Source: Chara braunii (taxonomy: Eukaryota > Plantae > Charophyceae). From it: a stretch of DNA of 64,000 bases. The stretch is from the NCBI GenBank assembly GCA_003427395.1, contig BFEA01000044.1:1114905-1178904 (forward strand), read 5' to 3'. Position 1 is the stretch's first letter. Each line of letters starts with the position of its first letter. Shown here in pieces: positions 12,650 through 25,429 of this stretch. The notes under the pieces were generated by a model, which saw nothing but the letters and a program-made list of their open reading frames with translations, did not search any database and was not told where the DNA came from. A program made the position numbers and the translations under genes.

Positions 12650-14195
12650 ACACACACACACAGAGTGCCTGCCCTCCAGCAGTGAGCACTCCCGAATAGA
12701 ATGGAAGTGCTCCCGTTGGGAGCGCCCAACTTATCAGGCAGGCGACGGTAGGTAAGCGTTTCCCTCTAGCCGTCGCTTCCCCGACAGGGTCTGACGGCTG
12801 GCCCACCATTTTGTACCCCCGTGTTTTGTTTTGTTTTTTCGTAAAAAAAGAAAATGGCAGCGCGGGCGGGTCTCCGACTGCTGGGGCCAGTGACCCACGC
12901 CACCGAACGGGGTTACCCACCCCGTGGTGCCCTTCGGTGGGGGCCGGTGTACCCCGTTTGAAAGACATTCCACAATGCAGACCCCAAATTCGAATTTCAG
13001 GGTCAGGGTCAAGGTCCCAGGCCAAGGGAGGCCAATCGGTCAGTTTCAGAAAAGTCACAGTCGGGTACCTTAGGAGTCAAGTTCAACAGGCACCCGGTAA
13101 ACAGTCACATCCCAAAGGCAAAAGTTGCATTCTGGAAGCAAAAGTCACGTCTCATATTGAAAAGTCATGTCCCACAGGCAAAGGACAATTCTCCAGGCAA
13201 AAGTCGTGTCCCAGAGGCAAGAGTCACATCCCACAGTCAAAAGCCATGTTCCACAGGTGACCCAAGCAGCAGCACACCAATGAAAATTCGGGAAAAGTAC
13301 CAGACCTTGACATTCAGAAGCAAGCAGGCCGTGGGCATGTGGTACCGGGTCCAAGTCAAGCCAAAGGAAGCAGAGGCTGGGACGAGTTGAGGCTCAATCC
13401 AAGTGTGGAATTGTTGCTGCATTTCAGGGCGATTGCTCATTCGTGAGAAGTGTGGAATTGTTGCTGACGCGCTAGTGCGCTGTCGGTTAGTTGNNNNNNN
13501 NNNNNNNNNNNNNNNNNNNNNNNNNNNNNNNNNNNNNNNNNNNNNNNNNNNNNNNNNNNNNNNNNNNNNNNNNNNNNNNNNNNNNNNNNNNNNNNNNNNN
13601 NNNNNNNNNNNNNNNNNNNNNNNNNNNNNNNNNNNNNNNNNNNNNNNNNNNNNNNNNNNNNNNNNNNNNNNNNNNNNNNNNNNNNNNNNNNNNNNNNNNN
13701 NNNNNNNNNNNNNNNNNNNNNNNNNNNNNNNNNNNNNNNNNNNNNNNNNNNNNNNNNNNNNNNNNNNNNNNNNNNNNNNNNNNNNNNNNNNNNNNNNNNN
13801 NNNNNNNNNNNNNNNNNNNNNNNNNNNNNNNNNNNNNNNNNNNNNNNNNNNNNNNNNNNNNNNNNNNNNNNNNNNNNNNNNNNNNNNNNNNNNNNNNNNN
13901 NNNNNNNNNNNNNNNNNNNNNNNNNNNNNNNNNNNNNNNNNNNNNNNNNNNNNNNNNNNNNNNNNNNNNNNNNNNNNNNNNNNNNNNNNNNNNNNNNNNN
14001 NNNNNNNNNNNNNNNNNNNNNNNNNNNNNNNNNNNNNNNNNNNNNNNNNNNNNNNNNNNNNNNNNNNNNNNNNNNNNNNNNNNNNNNNNNNNNNNNNNNN
14101 NNNNNNNNNNNNNNNNNNNNNNNNNNNNNNNNNNNNNNNNNNNNNNNNNNNNNNNNNNNNNNNNNNNNNNNNNNNNNNNNNNNNNNNNNNNNNNN

Positions 14196-14289
<94 letters not shown>

Positions 14290-15447
14290 GAAGAAGAAGA
14301 AGAAGATGAAGGGGAAAAAAAATAAAACAGCAAGGAAGAAGAAGGGGAAAAAAAAAAACAGCAAGGAAGAAGAAGGTTCTCCCTGTGCAAAATTTTTACG
14401 ACTAACTCCATATCATTCATAAAAAATGGGGAAAAAAAAATACTGCTTTTCTTTTATTCATTTTTATTCTTTTTATTTTTAGCCGATTTTAGTTTTTCAT
14501 TTTTTTAAATCCGTAAATGAAGTCAGTTTCAAAGGAAAAAAAATGGGGGTTGTATATATCTTTTTTCACGTATTTTTTAACCCTAAAAAAAATCTCTAAA
14601 AAAACAGGCCACAAACTGGGCCTCCTTGCTGTGGTCCGTCGCTGTGGCCATGTTGCCCGCGGCCGCGGGTGTCATGTGGGGCGAGTACCCCGCGGCCCTC
14701 CATGCAGGTCGCCACCTCTCTCTCTCTCTCTCTCTCTTTTCCGAAAATGAGTGAATCTTCCTCTAACATGCAAAGATATACGAACTTATGTATTGTCTTT
14801 TGTGCATGTCAATAGTAACCGTTTTTTTCCCCCTTTTTTCCATGTGTTTTAGAGTAAATCCCGTTTTTCTCTCGTTGCCTTTTGCATTTTGTGTTTTTTT
14901 TTTTTTTTTTTGCTCTTTATTCCGTGTTCTTCTCCAAGCGCGTTTGGGAAGTTAAGGCTCGAACTTGATAGCTGGGCCAAGTACTGGTGGTTTAACCTAT
15001 TCTTTATCACCCTTTCCCTGGCGGATTGACATGCGTTCCAACTCCGGTCTTTACCCGAGTAGAACGTGCGGTCATCATGACTCTATCTAAACTGAAAGTT
15101 ACCCATATGCCGCTGTATACTGACCGTCCGTTGTTTTCGGTGAATCTCGGCAACATGTGTTGCGTTCGCATTCTTTTTTTCTTTTATTTATTCAGGCTAA
15201 ACATCTGGTCCTGAGCTGTTCTATTCCGAGCATTTCTTTATTTATTCAGGCTAACCATCTGGCCCCCGCGGCTCTTGGTCTGGGGCTGGTCGTCGTTTTG
15301 TTCTGGACTCGCACGCAAAGTATTCCATCTTTCGTGGACATTACTTTTGGATGGTCAAAACAGGTGAGGATGGAATGGTGGTCTAATCTTTCATTGGCAT
15401 TCTATCCCCCTTCTTCCTCGCGGCATACTACGTATGTACGACACCTA

Positions 15448-15554
15448 CCGTCTTCACCCGCACAGAACGCACGGTCGTCATAGCCGCGTATGTGGTACTA
15501 TTTTCAGTCCAGATACAGTTAAAATAACCGGGCGTTCTATTCGGGTGAAGACGA
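15448..15554. mobile_element. Short pogo/Tc1-mariner-like MITE
   Basis: TA|CCGTCTTCACCCG...CGGGTGAAGACGA|TA; ~28-bp TIR, TA flanks. Confidence 0.7.
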
Positions 15555-15786
15555 TAGGGCGAGATCCCACTGTAGCAAAGACGACTGGATTTCGAGCCTA
15601 TATCTGAAGTGTGTTTGTGGAGGGGTGCAGACAATCGGGATTCATCTGCGGTTCTGCATCTCTGCTTAGAACCTGCCCAGATTCAGGCAGTTTATCAAAT
15701 CCTCTATGTGGCAACCGGCGGTATGGAGTCGCCTTGGCGAGCCAGTCCGCTGGTGCACCGCAGTTGGTATTATTGGGCCTCACTTA

Positions 15787-15908
15787 GGGCATCGCCACAC
15801 CACTCTCGAAACGTGCAAAATGAGAATGAACTTTTCGCTAGAACATGCCCAGATGTGCCCGCCACATTTTTGTTGTTTTCACATTTCGACAGTGGTGAGG
15901 CGAGGCCC
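15787..15908. mobile_element. Tourist-like (Harbinger) MITE
   Basis: GGGCATCGCCACACCACT...AGTGGTGAGGCGAGGCCC; same family as 16917-17038. Confidence 0.65.
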
Positions 15909-16179
15909 TTGCTGCTCACCATTTGCCCAAAAGACGAAAAATATGGCGGTGTACCTTTGCACGTTCAAGCAGAGAATTCATTCGCCTTCTGCACATTTGA
16001 TGAGTGGTGGAGCTAGACCCATTCTCGGGCGTTGACAGTTTTGAGCGCTTTTCGGTAATTTCAAGAACGGCCAAACAACGCCCGACAGAGAAACGTTTTT
16101 GGTAAATTAACGCTCGATAACATTCGGTCGCAGTGCTTAACTGTATAAAATCTAACGAACTGAGGGCGTACTCGCACTG

Positions 16180-16284
16180 CCGTCTTCCCCCGAACACAAC
16201 GCACCCTCATTTTGACTGTATCTGGCCGGAAATATAGCTCGTATACATTCATTTTTAGGGTGCGTTATGTTCGGGGGAAGACGG
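16180..16284. mobile_element. Short pogo/Tc1-mariner-like MITE
   Basis: 28-bp TIR CCGTCTTCCCCCGAACACAACGCACCCT / AGGGTGCGTTATGTTCGGGGGAAGACGG (1 mismatch), followed by TA. Confidence 0.8.
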
Positions 16285-16916
16285 TAGCACTCTCTTAAAT
16301 GTATGTGACCGCATTTACGGCCCAGCCTGCATGCATCTGGCTGCTATTCCGTCCAAAATTAAGTGAAAAAGTGCCAATGTGAGTATGCCCTGAGATGATT
16401 AGATCATAGACAAAAGGACGATTGCAACGCAACATGCCGGGGACAATCCGAGAACCCAAGAAAAAAGGACTCGCGCGCGTCAAGTATACTCCTCAAGAAA
16501 AAAGGACTCTCGCGCGTCAAGAAAGACCGCCTACATAACCAACGTCGTTCAGGCTAAGGAGTAGCCACAGCGGGCCTCGAACGCATCGCCTACCACATTC
16601 TACCACGTCCACGTGAGCTGCTGTAGCTCTTCTTGTGTCTTTTCCATTTCCATTTTCTTTTTGTGATACATGAGCGAAGCTCTTTCAAGTTGGCTTTTGG
16701 GGAGAAAAAGGTACTGTTCCCAAAAAAAAAAAAAAAAAAAAAAAAGGTACTGTCAGGTGCAGGGGTGGTCTGAAATTCCATCCACATCTCACACACAACC
16801 CCATCTATTCTTGTGTGTGTGGNGGNGGGGGGGGGGGGGGGGGGGGGGGGGGGGGAGATTGAAATTCCACCATACCAGGATTCCAGGAACCTAACTACAC
16901 GTCTTTTCGAAAGTAA

Positions 16917-17038
16917 GGGCCTCGCTGCACTACTCTCCACATGCACAAAAGACAAAAAAGACGGCGATGTACCTTTCCATGTTCTAGGGGTGGATTCAGT
17001 TCCATTTTGCACATTTGGAGCGTAGTGCAGCGAGGCCC
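16917..17038. mobile_element. Tourist-like (PIF/Harbinger) MITE
   Basis: Perfect 17-bp TIR GGGCCTCGCTGCACTAC / GTAGTGCAGCGAGGCCC with TAA target-site duplication. Confidence 0.88.
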
Positions 17039-17092
17039 TAAGAGAGCCCTGCGTGCCCTCGCACGTCAGCCGCTTCTTCCCTGGAAAAGTAA

Positions 17093-17201
17093 CCGTCTTC
17101 ACCCGCATAGAACGCCCGGTCATTATCCCATGTATGTAGACTGAGAGTCGCCCCAAAAAATGCACCTATACTAACCAAGCGTTCAATTCGAATGAAGACC
17201 G
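17093..17201. mobile_element. Short pogo-like MITE (degenerate)
   Basis: CCGTCTTCACCCGCATAGAACGCCCGGT...GCGTTCAATTCGAATGAAGACCG. Confidence 0.6.
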
Positions 17202-17784
17202 TCGTTCGTTCTGATGTCGAAAAGCACATATAAAAAAGAAGGGCGACTAACAGGAACCTTGAACCTCGTCCGTGGTGCCACTTGGGACCGTGGTCCATGG
17301 TCCCACCACTTACCCGGATTTTCCACCCCTGACTGTCGATTAGAAAAATCAACGACCACGAAACGAGGGCTTGGGGCAATGGGAACCTCGCCCGGCGAAC
17401 CCGATCTATAAGAGCGCAGAGACTTACTGTATGTGCTGCCGGTGGACCAGTCGGCGGGAGAGTACCTCGACCAGGAGGGAGAGCAGTATTGGGAGAGGAA
17501 AACGGAGAAAGACGAGACGAGTTTAATGCTCTGTAAAGCGGCAAAATCTTCGAACACACGAACAGTCCGATACATACACACATCAAACTCAAAGCAACAA
17601 CTCGAAACTCAATTCGCCTTCCGAGTTTCGACTGTCGACAAAAGCAGCGCTACGGAAGCTTGGAATAATTTAAAACACCTCAATCAAATTCAACTGTCTG
17701 TCAGACTGCCTCTACTTTGCAACAAGGTGGTCTATTATCTATAATGTCAGTGGGAGAAAAACTTCGCTGGGCGTTCGGTGTGTA

Positions 17785-17891
17785 CCGTTTTCACCCGATA
17801 GAACGTCCGGTGATTATCGCGGCATCTGACTGTCAGTGAGTGAAAGTTGGCCCAATTAACCAGCGGGCCTAGCTAATAAGTTGGTACGCCC

Positions 17892-17922
<31 letters not shown>

Positions 17923-18061
17923 GGTACGCCCATGAACTTTTGAAATACACACCCAGGCTCGAATCCACTGCAGACCAGGAGGTAAGGAAGAAGGAAGGGA
18001 AACAGAACGGTTGCCACAAATACAGTTATAATCACTGGGCATTCTACTTGGGTGAAGATGG
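17785..18061. mobile_element. Pogo-like MITE, longer copy, 42 bp from the GolS exon 1 donor
   Basis: TA|CCGTTTTCACCCGATAGAACGTCCGG...GGGCATTCTACTTGGGTGAAGATGG|TA. Confidence 0.65.
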
Positions 18062-18103
18062 TAGTAAGGACTGGAGATTCCGTGATTCCGTGAGGGACCT
18101 TAC

Positions 18104-18613
18104 CTCCCATATGTGAAGCTTGGAATAATTGAGAACATAGTATGCGTGGGAGAACTTGACACGGCTTACGTCTGGAGGACAGAGGGGTTGAATCTCTCTG
18201 ACGCTGCATCCTCGCTGCTCAAGAATTTTCCGATGACTCACGGGAACGTCGGGCAACACTGCCACCACCAGCGGATAAGTTGACTTGACCAATCGAAGGC
18301 TCGTCGCCAAAGCCACCACCCCCTTCACGTAGTTTCCGTCTCCTGCCAAGAAAGTCACGTACGCATTGCGCGCCGTCTTAAAAACTGAGGAGGAGGAGGA
18401 GGAGGAGGAGTGGGAGAAAGCCCCATTTTCAATGCAGCTCTTGCTGTCATTGGGCGCCGTCTTCAAAATTGAGGAGGAGGAGGAGGAGGAAGAGGAGGAC
18501 GAGGACGAGGAGTGGGAGAAAGACCCATTTTCACTGCAACTCTTGCTATCATTCCCTCCGCCAGACGCAGCGGTGTTAGGAGACGCACCGTTCTCTCCTA
18601 AGAACCTACCCAT
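18104..18613 (-). CDS. GolS: Galactinol synthase-like gene, exon 1
   Basis: ATG at 18613; AYVTFLAGDGNYVKGVVALATSLRLVKSTYPLVVAVLPDVP..HRKILEQRGC.VREIQPL...AYYVLNYSKLHIWE|gtaagg is the classic GolS N-terminal block. Confidence 0.93.
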
Positions 18614-18762
18614 GCTGCTCTTCCTTCTGACAGCCTTGCCGTTGCCTTCACAAGGTCACAGAGGGACAGACAGACAGACAGACAGGCAGAGAGGGACTCG
18701 CTGACTTCAGCCTAGGCAACAACGGTTACATCCGCACTAGCTGCGTTCAGAAGGCCAGACAG

Positions 18763-18830
<68 letters not shown>

Positions 18831-19388
18831 TCACTGACTTCAGCCTACTAGCCTAGCCAACATCGCTTATGCCCTCCGTCTCCCTCCTGTGCACATAGCT
18901 TGATGCGGAGCGCATCCGGAGAAAGAACGAAGGCGATAGTTTCAAATACCCGCGCATTCCCCTTAGGAGGAGGACATCTCCGCTACACGCAGAGGCGGGA
19001 ACAATCCCAAAAGCAAAACATGGAAGCGCCCGATTGGGGCAACGACTACGACTACCGCACTTGGCGTCGACGGTGGCGGCTGAGAGGGCAGGCGCCACTC
19101 AAACCGACGACCGTCGCTGTGGATATCCTGCCGGTGGCGGCTGAGAAGGCGCCACTCAAACCGACGACCGTCGCTGTGGATATCCTGCAAATCTGCACCG
19201 TAGTTACTACAGACATCTTAGGTAGACCGTCATTGTGTTTTGGTGGACTTGACTTTGTGGAGACTGCAAGGTTCGAGCCTGCAAGGGAATCCCGCACACA
19301 CCTCACTCCCCCAGTGTTCCCGCAGTGGATAACACTTCGAGGCCATCGTACCACTACCACGGGCAACATTCCATTACCGTTTCCATTA

Positions 19389-19484
19389 CCATGTATACCC
19401 GAATAGCATTATAGCTGTATCTGGGCCAACGTTCATACTGAATGCAGTGCTCATGACCGGGCATTCTATTCGGGTGCACACCGG
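19389..19484. mobile_element. Short pogo-like MITE (degenerate) upstream of GolS
   Basis: TA|CCATGTATACCCGAATAG...CTATTCGGGTGCACACCGG|TA. Confidence 0.55.
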
Positions 19485-20845
19485 TAGCATACGGTCAGCG
19501 AAGCGATTCGTCGACCTGGAATCCCCTGTTGAAAACCAACAACCGAAAATGAGGGAGCGACCCATGCAGCCACTACCATAGCGGTAGGGCTATAGCGCTG
19601 CAGTAGCGGCGGCGGTAGGAAATCGCAAAGTGGCGACCCGTGCCTCTCAGGCACGCGTCTCCACCAACGCGGTGGTGGGTAGGCTGAACGCTTCTTCGTC
19701 GTCGGTGCTCCCAAGGCTGTAGCTATCGACTGGAGGACGAAGAGGTCGGGCATGAAGTCAGCGGAGAGGTGACCAACGTGGATTCCCACCTATGGCAAGG
19801 TTAAGGTGGCCGGCTGCCGTTCCGACAACTTGACCCTCCAACGTCTACCTGCTGCTCCTCGGCTTATGTACCTCCTGGTCCTCCTCCATGAAGCATCACC
19901 TTTCCGTGGTCAGAGGTATAGCGCTCGAAGTTTTGACGAGGGGCGGCGGATGAACGGGATCGAGGGTGGGGGAGTGTGCAGAGGGGTGCGCATACCCAAA
20001 TGTTCACAGAGCGCCACCCAACGTGGGTGTGCGCCCCAGGGGCTGGGCACACGGGCGGCGTTGATGAGTATCTGGGACGTGTGCCATCCGATAAAAGGGT
20101 GGCCTTTTTTTCTCTTTTGTTTTTGTTTCTGCCTCTTTCCTTCTGTTTTTGTTTCTTGGGTGTCGTTTTGCTTTGTTTTTTTTATTCCATTTTCTTGCGC
20201 GCCTTTTGCTGTTCGCGCGCTGTTGTCGTTTTCGTTTTTGCACGCGCGACTTTTCCTTTTCGTAGCCGTCTCAGTCAGCGAAGGATTTTTTTTTTCCCCC
20301 TGTTTCCTTTTGTGGCTTTCCGCGCTGTCGTTTCAGTACCCGTGGTGTGCGTGTACCCGCTTTCCGTGCATGTTGTTGTTTCAGTACCCGTGATGCGCGT
20401 GTACCTGTGACACTCAAGAAAACATGCTCAGGAAAAAGACAAAAAGAAAAAGAAAAGCCAAGTTGTAGATGTAACCCACTCACACTCACACACACACCCA
20501 ATAATATTAAATCTTGAAATTCAGTGCTGATTGTTGTAGTTGGGGTTTGAACCCATGTACTGATTTCATAAATCTAACTGCTTGATGAGATAACTGTTGA
20601 GGCAGATTAGGTGCCTCTGTGATTTTGGGGACCGTTTTTCTTTTTAAGTGCATCCCATGTCAGACAGCTGCCACGTGAGGATCTGTCTGTGTGTCCAAAC
20701 CCTGACCTTGCAGAGTGGAAAAACCGGCCGAATGGCAGAAATGGAAAATGTGTCAAATCGCCGCCATAATGCATTTTGCAACCGAAGATCACAATGAAAT
20801 CTATGGACTCCAAATTTTTCATATTTTTTCTTATATTCTTTTGAG

Positions 20846-21597
20846 CAAGGTTGCCAGGCCGAACGTACGGAGGCCCCTAACTGACCCCCGAACGTTCGGG
20901 CGTTCGGATCCCCGTACAGGGCCCGAACCTGAAGGGGTTCGGACCCCGCAAAAAATGATTTTGACACCTAAATATTATTAGTTTTTTCTGATTTTGTTTT
21001 TGCGCATTCTTTGTAATTTAAGGTGTCTCCCTCTTAATTTTGAAGCCATTCTGTTCAGCCAAACAAAAATGAAAAATAGGCAAAAATGGTGGTGTCAAAA
21101 CTTGCTTTCCCACTCACCAATTTGCTTTTTTCTCTCTTTTCACTTTTCGTTTTTCCTTTATTTCGGGGCATGAAAAAAAATATTATTTTTTTAAACTTTA
21201 TTTGTAGATTCTCTATTATGTAAGATAAACATATATAAATTTTCATGGCATTTGTCACAGCCAAAAAAAAAATGAAAAATCACCAAAGATGGCGGTGTCA
21301 AAAACGTGCTCGCCCACTCAATAATTTCATTCTCGTTTTATTGTTTCTAATTTTCATTATTCTTATTTATTTTTAGTATTTGATTTTTATTTCAAATTTG
21401 GGAAAGACTTTGGATGTGACGTTGAGGCAAATGTTCTTCAGTTCATTCTTCTGCATAACATTTTTTTTTCAGGTTTTTTGGAATTCGTTTTTTTTTTTTT
21501 TTTTTTTTTTTTGGTCCATTTGGCCGAACGCGTCGAGAGCGGGTGCCGAACGTTCTGACGTTCGGGCGTTCAGCCCGTTCTGAACGCCGCAACCCTG
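20846..21597. mobile_element. Non-autonomous hAT element
   Basis: TIR CAAGGTTGC/GCAACCCTG; 8-bp TSD CTTTTGAG/CTTCTGAG; subterminal CCGAAC motifs. Confidence 0.75.
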
Positions 21598-21632
21598 CTT
21601 CTGAGCTCAAAAAATCACAGAAGATGCAGGAC

Positions 21633-21999
21633 CTGTGTAGCATCGTATTCGGGTTCGGTGACCGAACCCGACCGTTTTGGACCGAATGCGAATGAGCGCC
21701 GAAACTCTCCGAACGCGAACATAAAAATATTTAAAAAATAATAATAATATATTCTCCAAAAAATCTGAAAACAATATATGTTATGTAAAATAATAATACA
21801 AACAACATTTGTCGTGGAGGTATGCTCAAATTCGTAATACAGCTCGAGTTAAAAATAAAAAACCATAAAAAATAATTTTATTTATTTATTTGTTTTTTTG
21901 AATATGTTCGGCCAAACACATTCGGGTGGCGTTTGGCCGAACACCCAAACATGTTCTGATGTTCGGAAAAGCTCCGAACATGTTCGGTGTGCTACACAG
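21633..21999. mobile_element. hAT MITE (CTGTGTAGCA family)
   Basis: TIR CTGTGTAGCA/TGCTACACAG with perfect 8-bp TSD TGCAGGAC; many CCGAAC/GTTCGG subterminal motifs. Confidence 0.9.
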
Positions 22000-22821
22000 T
22001 GCAGGACTTTTCTGTTGGCCGAAACATGGCATAACAGCGAAAATGGAAAAATTGACGAATTTGCGCGGTGGTTATTTGACAGTCGAAATGATTTTTTAAG
22101 TTTTTAAAAGTATTTTTATTGGAACGATCACGACTTGATCTACAGACCCTCCAATTTTCACAATATTTAACACATTCTCTTAACCGTGAAATATCACTGA
22201 AGTTGGGGTACATTTTACATCGACTCACACGTCGAAGAGTGACAAAAATGAAAAATGCACCGAATCGACGCGGCGGCCATTTCAGCATAAAAAAGATATA
22301 TTTTTAGTTTTTTCAGATGTTTTTCGTAGGAAGCTCGGGACCTAATCTACGGATGCTTAAATTTCCAGGATTTTCAACGGATTTTTCTGAGCTAAAAAAA
22401 TCACCGAAGTTAGGGTACTTTTTTTAGTGGCCAACACGTCACGGATTGGCAAAAATGGAGAATGAACCGAATCGACGCGGAAGCTATTTCAAGGTCGGAC
22501 ATATTTTTCTTTGTTTTTTTTATATTTTTTCTAGAAAGATAACGATTTAATCTACAGGTTCCTAAAATTTCGGATTTTTTAATTATTAGTTTCAGAGCAA
22601 AAAATCATCAAAGTTATGGTACTTTTTAGTTGTGGGACTGGACCCGCCGGTAAGTTGCAGTAACCAACAGTCGCTGCCCTTCCAAAAAACCTTGCCTAAC
22701 TCACCGGAAGCAGGTTTTTGGGTTTAGGGGCCTGGTGGTTTAATGAGTAGGGGAGTAAGGTCCACTGTCTCCACGGGAGTTGAGGCTGGCTAAGGGCCCC
22801 CCGGGAGTTGAAGCTGGCTAA

Positions 22822-23047
22822 GGGCATCACGACACCACTCTCTTTTGTTTGTTTGTTTTTTCGACAAAATGCTTCAATCTATTCAATGCATATGGGAAGC
22901 CGCACGTGTTGTCAACCTGTACATTTTCATCACCACACCACTCTCAAAATGTGAAAAAGATAAAAGTGCGGTGGGTGCATCTGTTCATGTTTTAGCGAAA
23001 AGTTCATTGTACATTTTGTGCATTTTTCAAGAGGTGTGGCGATGCCC
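22822..23047. mobile_element. Tourist-like (Harbinger) MITE
   Basis: TAA|GGGCATCACGACACC...GGTGTGGCGATGCCC|TAA. Confidence 0.75.
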
Positions 23048-23075
23048 TAATGGGCCCACAAAGTCTCTGTCTCTC

Positions 23076-23117
<42 letters not shown>

Positions 23118-23312
23118 CGCCCCCTTTTTTTTTTTTTTTTTTTTTNCCCCCTTTTTTTTTTTTTTTTTTTGTCGACTTTGCAATAACATGTTTGAAGTTT
23201 CGCAAAAAAAAAATGTACATCCTGTCAGTGCTCACACGTAACACACACACACACACGCATAGGTCTGTTCTGCATGTTAAAAAAATAAGGAAAAAAAATC
23301 AACTATGCTACT

Positions 23313-23669
23313 CTGTGTAGCATCGTGTTCCGGTTTGGTGACCGAACTCGAACGTTCGGAACCGAACGCGAACGAGCGCCGAAACTCTCTGAACGCGAAC
23401 ATAAAAATATTAAAAAATAATAATAATAAAGTTCTTCAAAAAATCTGAAAAACATATATGTTATGTAAAATAATAATACAAACAACTTTTACTTGGAGGT
23501 ATGCTCAAATTGGTAACCAAACTCGAGTTAAAAATAAATAATAAAAAAATATATTATTATCTTATTTTTTAATATGTTCGGCCGAACACATTCGGGTAGC
23601 GTTCGGCCGAACACCCGAACATGTTCGGACGTTTGGAAAAGCTCCGAACATGTTCGGTGTGCTACACAG
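23313..23669. mobile_element. hAT MITE, second copy of the CTGTGTAGCA family
   Basis: Same TIRs; TSD ATGCTACT/GTGCTACT; colinear with 21633-21999. Confidence 0.88.
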
Positions 23670-23839
23670 GTGCTACTGAGCACTCTACATGTGCGTGGAC
23701 TGTTCTCTAGACCAAATGCATCCAGAACGATGGAAAATTTTGGATGCATCTAGATCATTACCAGATCCAGTTAGATTTTTCTTTTTTTTCCCTCAGATCC
23801 TCTTCACTCTGTTACGGGTTCCACTACACCCCCTGCCCC

Positions 23840-24170
23840 TCCGCTCTACTCTACACTTCCTTACTCCGCTTCACTCTACTTTACTCCATTGTACTCCACT
23901 CTACTCCACTTCACTCTACTCTACTCTACTCTACTCTCCTCCACTCCTCTCTGCTTCACTCCACTCTTTTGCATACTACTCCACTCCACTCCACTTCACT
24001 CAAGTCTACTCACCTCCACTCTCCTTCACTCCACTCTACTCCACTCTACTCAACTCTACTCCACGCCACTCCACTCCACTCCACTCTATTCCACTCGACT
24101 CGACTCTACTCGCCACTTTACTCCACTCCACTTCACTCCACTTTACACCATTTGACTCGACGCTACTCCG
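23840..24170. repeat. Degenerate pentanucleotide (CTCCA/CTCTA)n tract
   Basis: Direct reading. Confidence 0.9.
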
Positions 24171-24255
24171 CTCCTATGAATCCCCCCTTAGGCGGCCACA
24201 CGCAGCCATGAAAAAAAAAGAAAAATTCTAGGAAAAAAATATATTATGAAAAAAA

Positions 24256-24540
24256 CCGTGTAGCACACCGAGCATGTTCGGAGCTTTTCCGAACGTCCAA
24301 ACATATTCGGGTGTTCGGCCAAACGCCACCCGAACGTGTTCGGCCGAACATATTAAAAAAAAAAAAAAAAAAAATTCTTTTTGGTTTTTGATTTTTAACT
24401 TGAGTTTGGTTACGAATTTAAGCAGACCTCCAAGGCAAATGTTGTTTGTATTATTATTTCGCATCACATATATTTTTTCAGATTTTTTGAAGAACTGTTT
24501 TTTTTAATTATTATTATTATTACTATTTTTTTTTAATAAA
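24256..24540 (-). mobile_element. Truncated, inverted third copy of the CTGTGTAGCA hAT MITE
   Basis: CCGTGTAGCACACCGAGCATGTTCGGAGCTTTTCCGAAC... is the reverse complement of the right end of the other copies. Confidence 0.75.
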
Positions 24541-25429
24541 ACTCCCTTTTGGATGTTAGAGGCGCTGATACGAGCAGACACCTCTAACACCATAGGGGGA
24601 CTCCATCTGTTGGTGGGGAGTGTCACCTGCTGAAAACCGGGTCCAGCGTCCCACATTTAAAAAATAATTGTGACCGAAAAACATGGAATATAGGCTGATG
24701 TGTTACTAGGAGGCTACTGCCTGCCAACATTGATTACCCTAGGTGTCCAGGGGATTGACTGAGCAAGCGTACTAAGATAAATGTTAATTATTGCTTGTCA
24801 GTTGCTGCCTATCTCCTCAGTCCAGTTGGAATCCTTCTTTCTTCACTGAGGATATTCCTGCCAGTGTTGATTGTCAGCATTGATTACTGTAGCCTCTGGA
24901 GGAGAAAAAGTATGGAGAAAACCTCTTCGCTCTGTGCCAGGCGCCAGATGCCTGCTGATGAGATCCTATTTTCTCCTTGTTTATTGACAGTTGTCAATGT
25001 TGCCAATCTGCTCTCATCTGAAGTCTTTTGTTATTCATGTGTTTCTCCGTTCGGGTTGCCAATTAACTGTTGTAAGCTTCTGTGTCCTGGGTCCACCATT
25101 CGTGAAGCCTGCTTATGGCAGATTCACTTGTCATTTTGCTTCTACCGTTGCCCCCTGATCCATTTCTTGATCCCCCCCCCTTCACTTATTCCAGCCCGAA
25201 CCATTGCCTATCAACCAGAGAGAGGGGGGGGGGAATGGGTCGGGGAATTCAGAAGGGGGGCGCATTGGGATTGAGGGGTCGACTTCTGTCTAGTTGTTAA
25301 AGATGATCTTGTAGTCTCTTTTAAGCCGCTCCTGAGCCCCCTCGCTCCCCTGAGTCCCCTCCCCTGCCCATCCCACCCTTGCAACCCAACCCCCACCGTC
25401 CCCCCCCAGCGAGTTGTTACAAAACTGTT

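Noticed and set aside
10761-14422. Long ORFs with CV/HT/ER/SL runs or X
   Set aside because: Artefacts of (CA)n and (AG)n microsatellites and N gaps
23689-24231. ORFs with STPLH repeats
   Set aside because: Translation of a pentanucleotide microsatellite
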